Virus record (IMG/VR): IMGVR_UViG_2928595623_000002
Span: 8,170-72,169 of that record
Reading direction: 5' to 3' (one strand)
Source of the DNA: a virus
Lineage: Duplodnaviria > Caudoviricetes
DNA: 64,000 nucleotides
The notes below the pieces were generated by a model that saw only the letters and a list, made by a program, of their open reading frames with translations, searched no databases and was not told the DNA's origin. Of the stretch, positions 27,287 through 36,134 are shown in pieces (the stretch's first letter is position 1; the number at the start of each line of letters is the position of its first letter). The translations under genes were made by a program, and so were the position numbers.

Positions 27287-27451
27287 ATGGCTAACTCTGC
27301 CATACCCCTTTCTGCGCTTTTCCGAAACCCCGTTGTAGCGGATGCCTTCCGCCGTGCGGAGCGCGATGCCGGATCTGCCTATGCTGTTACGGAGCCGAAG
27401 AAGCCGGTTCTTGCCGGCGGCGCTGCTCGCGTTCTGGAGGAAGTGGCATGA
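27287..27451 (+). CDS. Small hypothetical protein
   Basis: AGGAGG RBS; MANSAIPLSALFRNP... Confidence 0.5.
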   Translation: MANSAIPLSALFRNPVVADAFRRAERDAGSAYAVTEPKKPVLAGGAARVLEEVA

Positions 27452-27825
27452 ACCGGCGCGCTGTTTTGAAGGGTGGCCTTGTTCTTGCTGCTACGGCCCA
27501 CACGGTGGCGCTCGCCCCTGAAAGGGCAAGCAGCGCTACGCTGGCGAGACTGACCATGGCTGATGGTCACGCATCTCCGTTCGCAGAGAAGGGAGACGTG
27601 ATCGTTTTCGATGAAGCGAACACTACGCCCGAGAGCGGAGCGACGTTCGTCACGAAGGCTGAAACGTCAGGGATGCCGTATGTTGGGCGGATCTGGCGGG
27701 ATGAAGACGGCCACTGGTGGCTTGAGAGATTTGCGCGAGGCGACCTCTACGGCCCCGTGCCGGACGAGATGATGAACCGGGCCATTCAAGGCCGAGTTAC
27801 AGGCGTCTGGAAACACATCACATGA
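27448..27825 (+). CDS. Protein with RR-leader and degenerate S24-like fold
   Basis: MNRRAVLKGG; P.AEKGDVIVFD...GRVTGV. Confidence 0.5.
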   Translation: MNRRAVLKGGLVLAATAHTVALAPERASSATLARLTMADGHASPFAEKGDVIVFDEANTTPESGATFVTKAETSGMPYVGRIWRDEDGHWWLERFARGDLYGPVPDEMMNRAIQGRVTGVWKHIT

Positions 27826-28096
27826 AATCTGGCGTTTCGGCGCCTGATAATTGCATCCAGAAATCAAGCACAAAAGAAGAACAAAAATGATATTGGTGCG
27901 CAGGTTGTGGAGGGCTTGGCAATTCTATTGCGATGCGTTGCCGCTTTCTGACACATCATAGAAGATTCGCGATGGCGAATACCCCGGCCCTAAACGGGGT
28001 GAGGGAGAGCGGCGTCTTTGCTTGGACACCATTGCCGCCGCTCCCCCTCGTGTCCACCGGCGATTTTAGGGATCGCCAGCGAAAAGGACCCATATC

Positions 28097-28963
28097 ATGG
28101 GCAGCATCCAAAATCCTACTACATCTCATACAACGATCGTCGCAGAACGCAACCCGATCGTCTTCATGAAGGGAGGCGAAGTCGTTGCCAACAGCCGCGA
28201 CGTGGCCGAATACTTCGAGAAAGCACACAAGCATGTACTCGACGCCATAGACGACCTGATCCAGCGCGAGCCTTCCATTGAGCCGAATTTTCGGCCCATT
28301 GAAGTTGAAGTGAAAGTTGGTTTCGGCGTTCGGCTTGATCGCGGCTTCGATATGACTCGTGATGGCTTCACACTGCTCGCAATGGGCTTCACTGGCAAGA
28401 AGGCGCTGTCGTTCAAGCTCAAGTACATCGAAGCCTTCAACGTGATGGAGGCTGAGCTTCGCGGGAATATCCAGTCGGCTCGTGTCAAGGTCAACGTTCC
28501 GACAAATGAGCGCCTTGCTGTAGCCAGGGAAGGTCGCCTTCAGTTCAGGATGTTCCGGTCCGTTGCCCGAGATATCGGTCTAAAGGGCAATCAGGCAGTT
28601 CTCTCTGCGAACCGGGCGACGAAAATGACAACCGGTTTTGATGTCATGGGTGCTCTGGGGCTCATGCGCATTGACGCCGAGGTGAACCAACCGGATCTTC
28701 GGCCATCTGATATCGCCGAGCGTCTCGGTATACGTAGTGCTCAGGAGGCCAACAAGCTTCTCGTCCGCTTCGAGTATCAGAACGCGCTCCGCGATCACAA
28801 GGGGCACGTCTACTACGAACTGACGCCGAAAGGTGAGCGCGCGGGCGGCGTCTTCAAGGACACCGACAAGAAGACCGGGCACGGAGTCCCGATCAAGCAA
28901 CTCATGTGGGCTTCTCGGATCGTCGATCTTCTCAGATCCGATATGGAACAGGAGAATGCATGA
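28097..28963 (+). CDS. Rha-family antirepressor/regulatory protein
   Basis: NSRDVAEYFEKAHKHVL, MTRDGFTLLAMGFTGKKA..FK..YI.AFN.ME. Confidence 0.9.
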   Translation: MGSIQNPTTSHTTIVAERNPIVFMKGGEVVANSRDVAEYFEKAHKHVLDAIDDLIQREPSIEPNFRPIEVEVKVGFGVRLDRGFDMTRDGFTLLAMGFTGKKALSFKLKYIEAFNVMEAELRGNIQSARVKVNVPTNERLAVAREGRLQFRMFRSVARDIGLKGNQAVLSANRATKMTTGFDVMGALGLMRIDAEVNQPDLRPSDIAERLGIRSAQEANKLLVRFEYQNALRDHKGHVYYELTPKGERAGGVFKDTDKKTGHGVPIKQLMWASRIVDLLRSDMEQENA

Positions 28964-29199
28964 TGAAGAACGTTTCGCACATTGAGATTGAAGGTGGAAC
29001 CGTTATTGCGGACGGCAACTGCTCGCTTCCGACGTTCATTGGCCAGTATCGCTATTACGTCAGCGTCATCGAGGGTGATGGCGGTCGCATTTGCATGTGG
29101 GACGGAGACGACTATGCGGATGCTCTAATGGAAGCGGATGAGCTCAAGACTTCCTTCAGTGCACGAAGAGTCGTGGATATGACGGTGATGGCGGCATAA
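28960..29199 (+). CDS. Hypothetical protein
   Basis: Coupled to rha. Confidence 0.5.
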   Translation: MMKNVSHIEIEGGTVIADGNCSLPTFIGQYRYYVSVIEGDGGRICMWDGDDYADALMEADELKTSFSARRVVDMTVMAA

Positions 29200-29265
29200 A
29201 TCGCCATCTGGTGACATTTTGACATGAATTTTCGGCGGTTCTTCGGAGCCGCCTTTTTACATGGA

Positions 29266-29877
29266 TCACCACTTGCATTCTTCGCGCAATGGTTTGATGG
29301 CGTCGTCAATTCCAGTGATATCGAATTCAGCGGTAACTGGGCTGCTGCCAAAAGGCGTAAACTTCACGATGAATTTCTTCCCGCCCAAGGCCTGCTTGAT
29401 GAACGGTATTGCGCTGGATCCAGACCAAAGCCCAAGCGCTCTGCTGTCCGTCGATTGATCCATCTCCACAGATCGTGCCGGATGTTGGTCAATACGATAA
29501 TCAACTGTCCCATAGCCTGGGATATTTGACACCATCTGGCACTCTGAGCTGACCATAACGGAAGTTCGATTGTCAGCACACCGAAGGTTCAAGAATACCT
29601 TGCTCTGGCGTCCAAACGAGCATGTGACGATATCTTCGGACTCAACTGACATGAACACGAGCTTTTTGTCAGTGAGCTTCGATACCTCATTTTGCACCAC
29701 CCACTTGGTGGACTGTGCTGGCGTCACAACTTCAACGGTTGGGGTTCGTCCACTCTGTTTGTCGTAGCAGGACAGGCGATCAAGATCATGTTCAACCTTC
29801 GCACAATCTGACGGTTGAGCGACTGCCGACCCCGCGCAGACAGAACCAATGAATACAAAAATAGCAGCAAAACGCAT
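29266..29877 (-). CDS. Secreted VasI/TagO-like protein
   Basis: Signal peptide; CA.V..DLDRLSCYD; LRC..N.T; F..TG...AI.PLR..C.W. Confidence 0.7.
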   Translation of the reverse strand: MRFAAIFVFIGSVCAGSAVAQPSDCAKVEHDLDRLSCYDKQSGRTPTVEVVTPAQSTKWVVQNEVSKLTDKKLVFMSVESEDIVTCSFGRQSKVFLNLRCADNRTSVMVSSECQMVSNIPGYGTVDYRIDQHPARSVEMDQSTDSRALGLWSGSSAIPFIKQALGGKKFIVKFTPFGSSPVTAEFDITGIDDAIKPLREECKW

Positions 29878-29932
29878 TCTATCCTCCGTTGCAAAAACGC
29901 GAGGACGATAGCCAACCAATTTGCAAAGGTAA

Positions 29933-31987
29933 ATGGCGATGGACGTTGCAACACTTGGCCTTGCCGTTGATAGTAGGCAGGTTGAAAATGGTTCAAAGGC
30001 TCTCAATGACCTGACAAATTCAGCCATGAAGGCAGAAGCAGCGGCAAATGGTGTTTCATCTGGAACAAAGAATGCCTCTACGGCTGCGGCTGCGATGACG
30101 GCTAACGCAAGCAACGCTGCGCGCGCCCTTGATATGGAATCTAGGTCGGCCCAAAACGCTACGCGCTCGATCATCGCTCATGGTTCCGCTGCGAAAACTG
30201 CTGCTTTGAACGTCGGGAACCTGGCGGCCCAGTTCCAAGATATTGGGGTGACATTGGCTATGGGGATGTCACCACTCCAGATCGCGCTTCAGCAAGGAAC
30301 CCAGATGGCCGCAGTCATGGGGCCGATGGGGGCTGCCGGAGCCGTGCGTGCCCTTGGCGCTGCATTCATCTCCATTTTCTCGCCTATGTCACTTTTGACA
30401 ATTGGCCTTGTGACAGCCGGAGCCGCCGCCGCACAATACTTTTTTGGCATCGAGACGAGTGGGAGCGGCGCAAACGATGTCATCGAAAAGCAGTCACAGC
30501 TTATCGGAAAGGTGGCAAATGACTGGGACCAAGCCACACCGCGCTTGAAGGCGTACGCTGATGAACTGGAGCGGGTAAGAAAGGCAAATGACCTCAGAAG
30601 CGCAGGCGAAGTCGCTGCAAAGGCAGAAACGACAAAGGTCGAAGATGTCCTAGGCCTGATAAATCAGCAATATACCTCTGCAATACGGAATCTGCGGACT
30701 TATGGCGATGAAGGCAGCGCCGTTGCCAACTCGCTCGCGTCTGCGTTCGGTGATCTCCAGGTAAAGATCTCTGACGGAACAGCCACAACCAAGGATCTCG
30801 TTGACGCGCAAAACGCGATGGCATCTGCCGTCAACACATTTGGCATTCCGTCCGTAATAGAATTGCGGGCTGTATTTGATGAACTTGTTCCCAGCATCAA
30901 TGCCGCGATTGCCGCAGCTGGAGGATTCCGGGCAGAGGTTTCGGCAGCACTGTCCCAACAGATGTTTGCGAAAAACCTTGGCAACTCCACTTTGCCGTCT
31001 CTTGATCCACTCGGCTTTATCAATGCTGACAGAGATCAGACTGCACGTGCAAATGCAACAAAATCTCAGACGCAGATCGCTGCAGAAGCCGCGGCTCGTC
31101 TTGCTGCACGTGCAAGCCGCTCTGGCGGTGGCGTATCTGAAATAGAGCGTCAAAAAGAGGCTGTAACAGATCTTATCTCACAGCTTGAATATGAGCAGTC
31201 TATTGTTGGTAAAAGCGCCCAAGAGCAGGCGAAAATGAATGCAATCCGTCGGGCTGGCGGTGCCGCAACGGAAGAGCAGAAAAAGAAAATTGAAGACATA
31301 ATCGACGCAACATATCGAGAAAAAGAGGCAATAGAAAATGCCAAGGAGGCCCTTGAAGACGCGAAGAGCGCGACAAAAGGGTTCCTGTCTGACCTGCGAT
31401 CCGGCCTGATGGATGGCAAAAGCTTCTGGGAGTCTTTCGGTAACGCGGCGATGAACGTTCTCGACAAGATCATCAGCAAGGTCGAAGACGAGCTTGTAGA
31501 CGCTCTTTTTGCAGCCAGCGGCACATCGAGTTCAAGCTCCGGTGGATTTCTCGGCATGCTCTTTGGCGGCATCGGGAAACTCTTCGGTTTCGCGTCTGGT
31601 GGTTATACCGGCGCCCGGTCGGCCTCGGCTGTTGCTGGCGTTGTCCATGGCGGCGAGTATGTCTTTTCCAAGCGTGCCACCGATCGCATTGGCGTCGGCA
31701 ATCTTGAGGCGATGCACCGGTCTGCCAAGGGCTATGCATCAGGCGGATATGTCGCGCCTATGCCGGCAAACCAGAATGGCAGCGGATCGCGCAACGATGT
31801 CCTGCATGTCAACGTCGGACTGAAGAGGGACGCCGCTCTCAACATCATGCCAGACGTTGAGGTCGTGGCAGAAAGAAAGGTCGCAAGCGCAGCTCCGCAA
31901 ATCGTCAAGGCAGCAAGTTCTCGTGTGGTTCCGACTATGTCGCAGTACCAGATGCAGAAGCAGGGACGGGATTATAGGCTGGCATGA
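29933..31987 (+). CDS. Tape measure protein
   Basis: NLAAQFQDIGV...ALQQGTQ; FASGGYTG...GVVHGGEYV. Confidence 0.9.
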   Translation: MAMDVATLGLAVDSRQVENGSKALNDLTNSAMKAEAAANGVSSGTKNASTAAAAMTANASNAARALDMESRSAQNATRSIIAHGSAAKTAALNVGNLAAQFQDIGVTLAMGMSPLQIALQQGTQMAAVMGPMGAAGAVRALGAAFISIFSPMSLLTIGLVTAGAAAAQYFFGIETSGSGANDVIEKQSQLIGKVANDWDQATPRLKAYADELERVRKANDLRSAGEVAAKAETTKVEDVLGLINQQYTSAIRNLRTYGDEGSAVANSLASAFGDLQVKISDGTATTKDLVDAQNAMASAVNTFGIPSVIELRAVFDELVPSINAAIAAAGGFRAEVSAALSQQMFAKNLGNSTLPSLDPLGFINADRDQTARANATKSQTQIAAEAAARLAARASRSGGGVSEIERQKEAVTDLISQLEYEQSIVGKSAQEQAKMNAIRRAGGAATEEQKKKIEDIIDATYREKEAIENAKEALEDAKSATKGFLSDLRSGLMDGKSFWESFGNAAMNVLDKIISKVEDELVDALFAASGTSSSSSGGFLGMLFGGIGKLFGFASGGYTGARSASAVAGVVHGGEYVFSKRATDRIGVGNLEAMHRSAKGYASGGYVAPMPANQNGSGSRNDVLHVNVGLKRDAALNIMPDVEVVAERKVASAAPQIVKAASSRVVPTMSQYQMQKQGRDYRLA

Positions 31988-32691
31988 GCACCTTCATTCA
32001 TTGGCCGCTCGGCCTGCTGACACCGGAAAGCATCGCTCCTGTGATCGTTCCGTTCACTCGGTCAGGCGGACGCTCTTTGGGCGGCGTCGAGCCGGTGACG
32101 CGGACGGATCTCGGCTATTGGGAAATCGCCTATGGCAATGTCCCGGTAATCGGGACCGCGAAAGAGCGGACATGGAACGCCATAGCTGCCATTCTTTCAG
32201 GCCGCTCAGGGCTTATTGTCGTGCCATTGGCAGGCAATGCTGCGCAGCCATATGCTTCCGACGAATATGAGCTCCCAAGCACCCTGACGCATTCGGACGG
32301 CTCCACGTTTTCGGACGGGACCGGCTATCGGCAGGGTGCGATTTCAATCCGAAGCGCTGGCGCTGCTGCCGAGATCGGCGCGACGACAATGCGCCTTCGT
32401 GTCGATCGTGGCAGCCTCGATCTTGCCGGGGCGCGGTTTTCTTACAAGCACGCGCTTTACCAGATCGGGCAGGTGCTTTCGGTCTCAGGCAAGGTCGTGC
32501 AGGTGACGATCACGCCGTCGATTGCCGCGACAATCCCGCTGGATTCATCGCTGGAATTCGACAACCCAACCTGCCTTTGCCACCTTGCCGACGATCGCGG
32601 CATGGACGGCGGCTACAATGCGGATGGGTTTGAGCAGCGGTCTGTCACGTTCCGGGAAGCGACCGACTATTGGTCGTCGCTGGTGGCGTGA
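31984..32691 (+). CDS. Distal tail protein
   Basis: Position after TMP; HSDGSTFSDG. Confidence 0.65.
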   Translation: MSTFIHWPLGLLTPESIAPVIVPFTRSGGRSLGGVEPVTRTDLGYWEIAYGNVPVIGTAKERTWNAIAAILSGRSGLIVVPLAGNAAQPYASDEYELPSTLTHSDGSTFSDGTGYRQGAISIRSAGAAAEIGATTMRLRVDRGSLDLAGARFSYKHALYQIGQVLSVSGKVVQVTITPSIAATIPLDSSLEFDNPTCLCHLADDRGMDGGYNADGFEQRSVTFREATDYWSSLVA

Positions 32692-33260
32692 TGATCAGGT
32701 CTTTGCGTATTCTTTGCGAGATCCAGTTTCCGGGCCAGACGGTGCGGCTCTGGGATGGATCTGGCCGGCCATTCATGGATGCTGACGGCAATATCTGGCG
32801 GGCTGCACGTCTCAATGAAGAGGCGATCGACCAGATTGAAAGCGCGATCAATGCTGAATCGTTCACGGTTGCTTTCACGATCTCCGGTATCGACAGCGCG
32901 ATTTTCAGCACCGTATGGGCTGATTATCAGGCCGGGACGATCGTCGGTTCGCGGGTGCGGTTTCTGATTCAGCCGCTCGATGATTTTGAACAGCCGGTTG
33001 GCGATCCTGACATCTGCTTTACCGGCGGGATCGACAATTTTTCGTTCGATGAAACAGCAGCCGACGACGGCAAGCAGTTCACAATTTCGGTCGAAGTGAC
33101 GAACCGGTTTGCGCTGATTGCGCGGCCCTCCGGCTCTGTTCTTTCGGATGCGGACCAGAAGGCGCGTTCGGCTGTCATCAATCCCGGCGCCAATCCGGAT
33201 CGGTCCTGCGAGCGGATCCCCGGCCTTGTCGATAAATCGATCCGTTGGCCTGTTTGGTGA
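32691..33260 (+). CDS. Tail tip protein
   Basis: RLWDG.G; DADQ.AR. Confidence 0.6.
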   Translation: MIRSLRILCEIQFPGQTVRLWDGSGRPFMDADGNIWRAARLNEEAIDQIESAINAESFTVAFTISGIDSAIFSTVWADYQAGTIVGSRVRFLIQPLDDFEQPVGDPDICFTGGIDNFSFDETAADDGKQFTISVEVTNRFALIARPSGSVLSDADQKARSAVINPGANPDRSCERIPGLVDKSIRWPVW

Positions 33261-33655
33261 TGAACGAGACGCTTGCCGCGTTTCTCGCGGCACAGGATGG
33301 CAAAGGCTGGCAGCCTGGGAAAAACGATTGCTGCCTTTATCTCGCCGCCTGGGCAATCTGGCTCGGTCATCGTGATCCGGCGCAGCATCTGCGCGGCACA
33401 TACGACGATGAGGCCGGTTATCTGCGGATCATCGAGGAAGCCGGCGGGATAGCGGCGCTTGTTGGTGATTGCGTCCAGCGGATCGGAGGGCGCGCGATTG
33501 CGAGGCCAAAGGTCGGGGCAATCGGCATTGTCGGATCAAGGCTGAAATCATCCATGCAGTTCGGGGCGATCGCAACGCCTGACGGCTGGTCGGTTCTGAC
33601 TCATGCCGGGCAACGCATAGTTTGCGCTCCGGCGCTGAACATCTGGGAAATCTGA
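33260..33655 (+). CDS. NlpC/P60-like tail protein (DUF6950-like)
   Basis: W.PG..DCC...A.W, RG.Y. Confidence 0.65.
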   Translation: MNETLAAFLAAQDGKGWQPGKNDCCLYLAAWAIWLGHRDPAQHLRGTYDDEAGYLRIIEEAGGIAALVGDCVQRIGGRAIARPKVGAIGIVGSRLKSSMQFGAIATPDGWSVLTHAGQRIVCAPALNIWEI

Positions 33656-33656
33656 T

Positions 33657-36095
33657 ATGGCGCAAATGCTGATCGGCAGTCTGTCGATGCTGCTCTTTCA
33701 AGGCGGGGTTTCGCTCGGGCTTATCACGCCGCTTGCGACCGGTCTTGTCTATGGCGGGTTGGCAGCGCTTGCCTATGGCGCCCAGATGTTGCTCAACCGG
33801 ACATCGGTTCCGCAGCCGGAGGATGGCAACTACAATCTCCGGCAGCCGGTTCCTAGCCTCGCCTTCGTGCTTGGTCGGGTGAAAAAGGCTTCTGACTATA
33901 TGTTCCTTGAGCAGACCGGTGGCGATGCCTATCATGTGCTTTGCATAGCAGGGCACCGGATTGACGGTTTCGTTCAGCATTACCTGCACGACGAAGCCGT
34001 GACGCTGAATGAAGGGGGCGGCGTGATCAGCCCCGACCATTTCGTTCAGGACGGGTTCGAATATGTCAACATCAAATACCGGCTCGGGCTCAATTCCAGC
34101 ACGGCCTATGCTGACCTGATCACAAAATTTCCGACCGTCTGGAGCCTCGATCATCGCGGCGACGGGCTTGCGACCGTGCGCATGGTCGTAAACCATGTTT
34201 CGGCGGAAAGCTTCCAGAGCGTCTATCCGGCGGGAATGCCGCAACATTCGGCGGTTGTGGATGGCATGCGGCTCTATGACCCGCGCAACGAGGCTTCGAG
34301 CTTTTCGACCAATATCGCGCTTTTCCGGTTCTGGCATCTGACAAGCCCGGTTGGCGGCAAGTTGGGACGCGATGACCTCTATCTTCCGGAATGGCAGAAT
34401 GCTGCCGATGTCAGCGACCGGATCATTTTGAACCGCGATGGTGTCGAGGAGAACCTCTATCACGGTGGCATGTGGTTCCGGGCGGAGAACAATCCTGTCG
34501 ATGTTGGCCGCATCATGGACCAGGCGGCGGAGCTGGTTGTTTACGAACGGCCTGACGGTCTGGTTGGTGTGCATGCCGGCGAATATGTGCCGCCGACAAT
34601 CCGCCTCACGGAAAAGGATATTGTCCAGATCCAGTTCGACGCAAACAAGCGTGTAGCCTCAACCGTGCTTGCCGTGCGCGGCCAATGGACCAACCCGCAG
34701 AACCGTTATTCGACAGCGGATGCGGCGATCTGGGGTGATCCTTACATCGGGGAAGACACCGAGCGCACGAAGACGATCCAGAACCAGTGTGTGCAATCGC
34801 ACAACCATATGCAGCGGCTGCAGAAAATGGCGATGGAGCGGGCGAATGCGCCGCGTGTTTCCGTGCTTGCCCATTATGAGGCCGCGCGGGCAGTTCGCAG
34901 CAAGCGTTTCGTAAAGATCCATATGCCGCCTTACCTCGACGAGGCGATCGTTGAAATCGTCTCGTCGCCGAAACTTTCGCTACGCAACCTGACGATCGAA
35001 TTCACCGGCATCGTCTGGTCAAGCGTGCCTTATGCATTCGACGCCGCAACGGAAGAGGGAGAGCCGCCGCCGGTAGTCGAGCCCGTGCCTGACGATGAGG
35101 TTCCGCAGCCGGAAGATTTCGCGGTCGAGATCAAGACCGAGAGCGTTGGCGGCGGTGTATCCGTCGTCTATGGCCTCGCGACATGGACGGTTGTTGATGA
35201 CGAATTCATTTATGAGCTTGGATGGCGCGCGACGAGCGGCACCGACACCGAGTGGAAGAGCGCCTTTTCGCAGGCCGGCGACATCAACCTTCGGTCGGCT
35301 TACCTCAAGGATGCGTTCGCCTATGAATTCCGGCTGCGGACCTGGGCTTTCGGGACTGCTTCGCCTTGGGTCTATCTGCCAGACCCGATCGTCGTCTATG
35401 CCGACACGGTCGCGCCGCCGGCTCTGCGATCCTTCGCGCTTGCATCGCCCGTTGCCGCGCCTGGCTATGCGACCTTTGAAATCAAGACGCCGAAAACAAC
35501 GCATCTCTACAAGGTCAAGCTTTTCCGCGTTGCAGCCGGTGCGGCATTCGACCCGGACACCGATTCTGTTCTTGATGAGGTCTATGTCCAGCCAAGCTTG
35601 ACTTATGGCTATACGGACGGTGACGACAGCGTGACCGACGTTATCAGCAACGGGGTCTTTGCATCCGACACGGTGTGGACGAAGGGAACCGGCTGGTCGA
35701 TCGGAAGCGGAAAGGCGACGCATGCGGTCGGAACCACATCGCAGCTGACGCAAGGCGCGGCCCTGACGATCGGTTCGAACTATCGCTACGGCTTTGTTGT
35801 TTCCGATTATGTCGCCGGATCCATCAATTTCCGCTTCCAGGGCGGAACGACCGTTGCCGGTGCTGCTGCCAGCAGCAACGGTTTCAAGTTCGGAACCATG
35901 ACCACAGTCACGGGAAACAACGTCGCGGCCATGAACGCGACGGCCTCTTTCGACGGTTCGGTCGATAATGTGGTTGCCTTCATTCCGACCGCCGATTCCG
36001 CGCCGGCTGGCGCTTACGACTATTACGCCGTGCCGGTGAATGCCTCCGGCCTGCCGGGCCCGACATCCGGGCCTGTTTCGGTCAACATTGCCTAA
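33657..36095 (+). CDS. Central tail tip/host-specificity protein
   Basis: Tip domain followed by Fn3-like and lectin-like segments. Confidence 0.75.
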   Translation: MAQMLIGSLSMLLFQGGVSLGLITPLATGLVYGGLAALAYGAQMLLNRTSVPQPEDGNYNLRQPVPSLAFVLGRVKKASDYMFLEQTGGDAYHVLCIAGHRIDGFVQHYLHDEAVTLNEGGGVISPDHFVQDGFEYVNIKYRLGLNSSTAYADLITKFPTVWSLDHRGDGLATVRMVVNHVSAESFQSVYPAGMPQHSAVVDGMRLYDPRNEASSFSTNIALFRFWHLTSPVGGKLGRDDLYLPEWQNAADVSDRIILNRDGVEENLYHGGMWFRAENNPVDVGRIMDQAAELVVYERPDGLVGVHAGEYVPPTIRLTEKDIVQIQFDANKRVASTVLAVRGQWTNPQNRYSTADAAIWGDPYIGEDTERTKTIQNQCVQSHNHMQRLQKMAMERANAPRVSVLAHYEAARAVRSKRFVKIHMPPYLDEAIVEIVSSPKLSLRNLTIEFTGIVWSSVPYAFDAATEEGEPPPVVEPVPDDEVPQPEDFAVEIKTESVGGGVSVVYGLATWTVVDDEFIYELGWRATSGTDTEWKSAFSQAGDINLRSAYLKDAFAYEFRLRTWAFGTASPWVYLPDPIVVYADTVAPPALRSFALASPVAAPGYATFEIKTPKTTHLYKVKLFRVAAGAAFDPDTDSVLDEVYVQPSLTYGYTDGDDSVTDVISNGVFASDTVWTKGTGWSIGSGKATHAVGTTSQLTQGAALTIGSNYRYGFVVSDYVAGSINFRFQGGTTVAGAAASSNGFKFGTMTTVTGNNVAAMNATASFDGSVDNVVAFIPTADSAPAGAYDYYAVPVNASGLPGPTSGPVSVNIA

Positions 36096-36134
36096 GCGCC
36101 ACGGCGCGCAACATCCGAAAATCTGGAGATACCC

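Noticed and set aside
30210-30320. Inverted similarity with 52660-52750 as an invertible segment
   Set aside because: Only a diverged conserved tape-measure N-terminal motif in two unrelated phages
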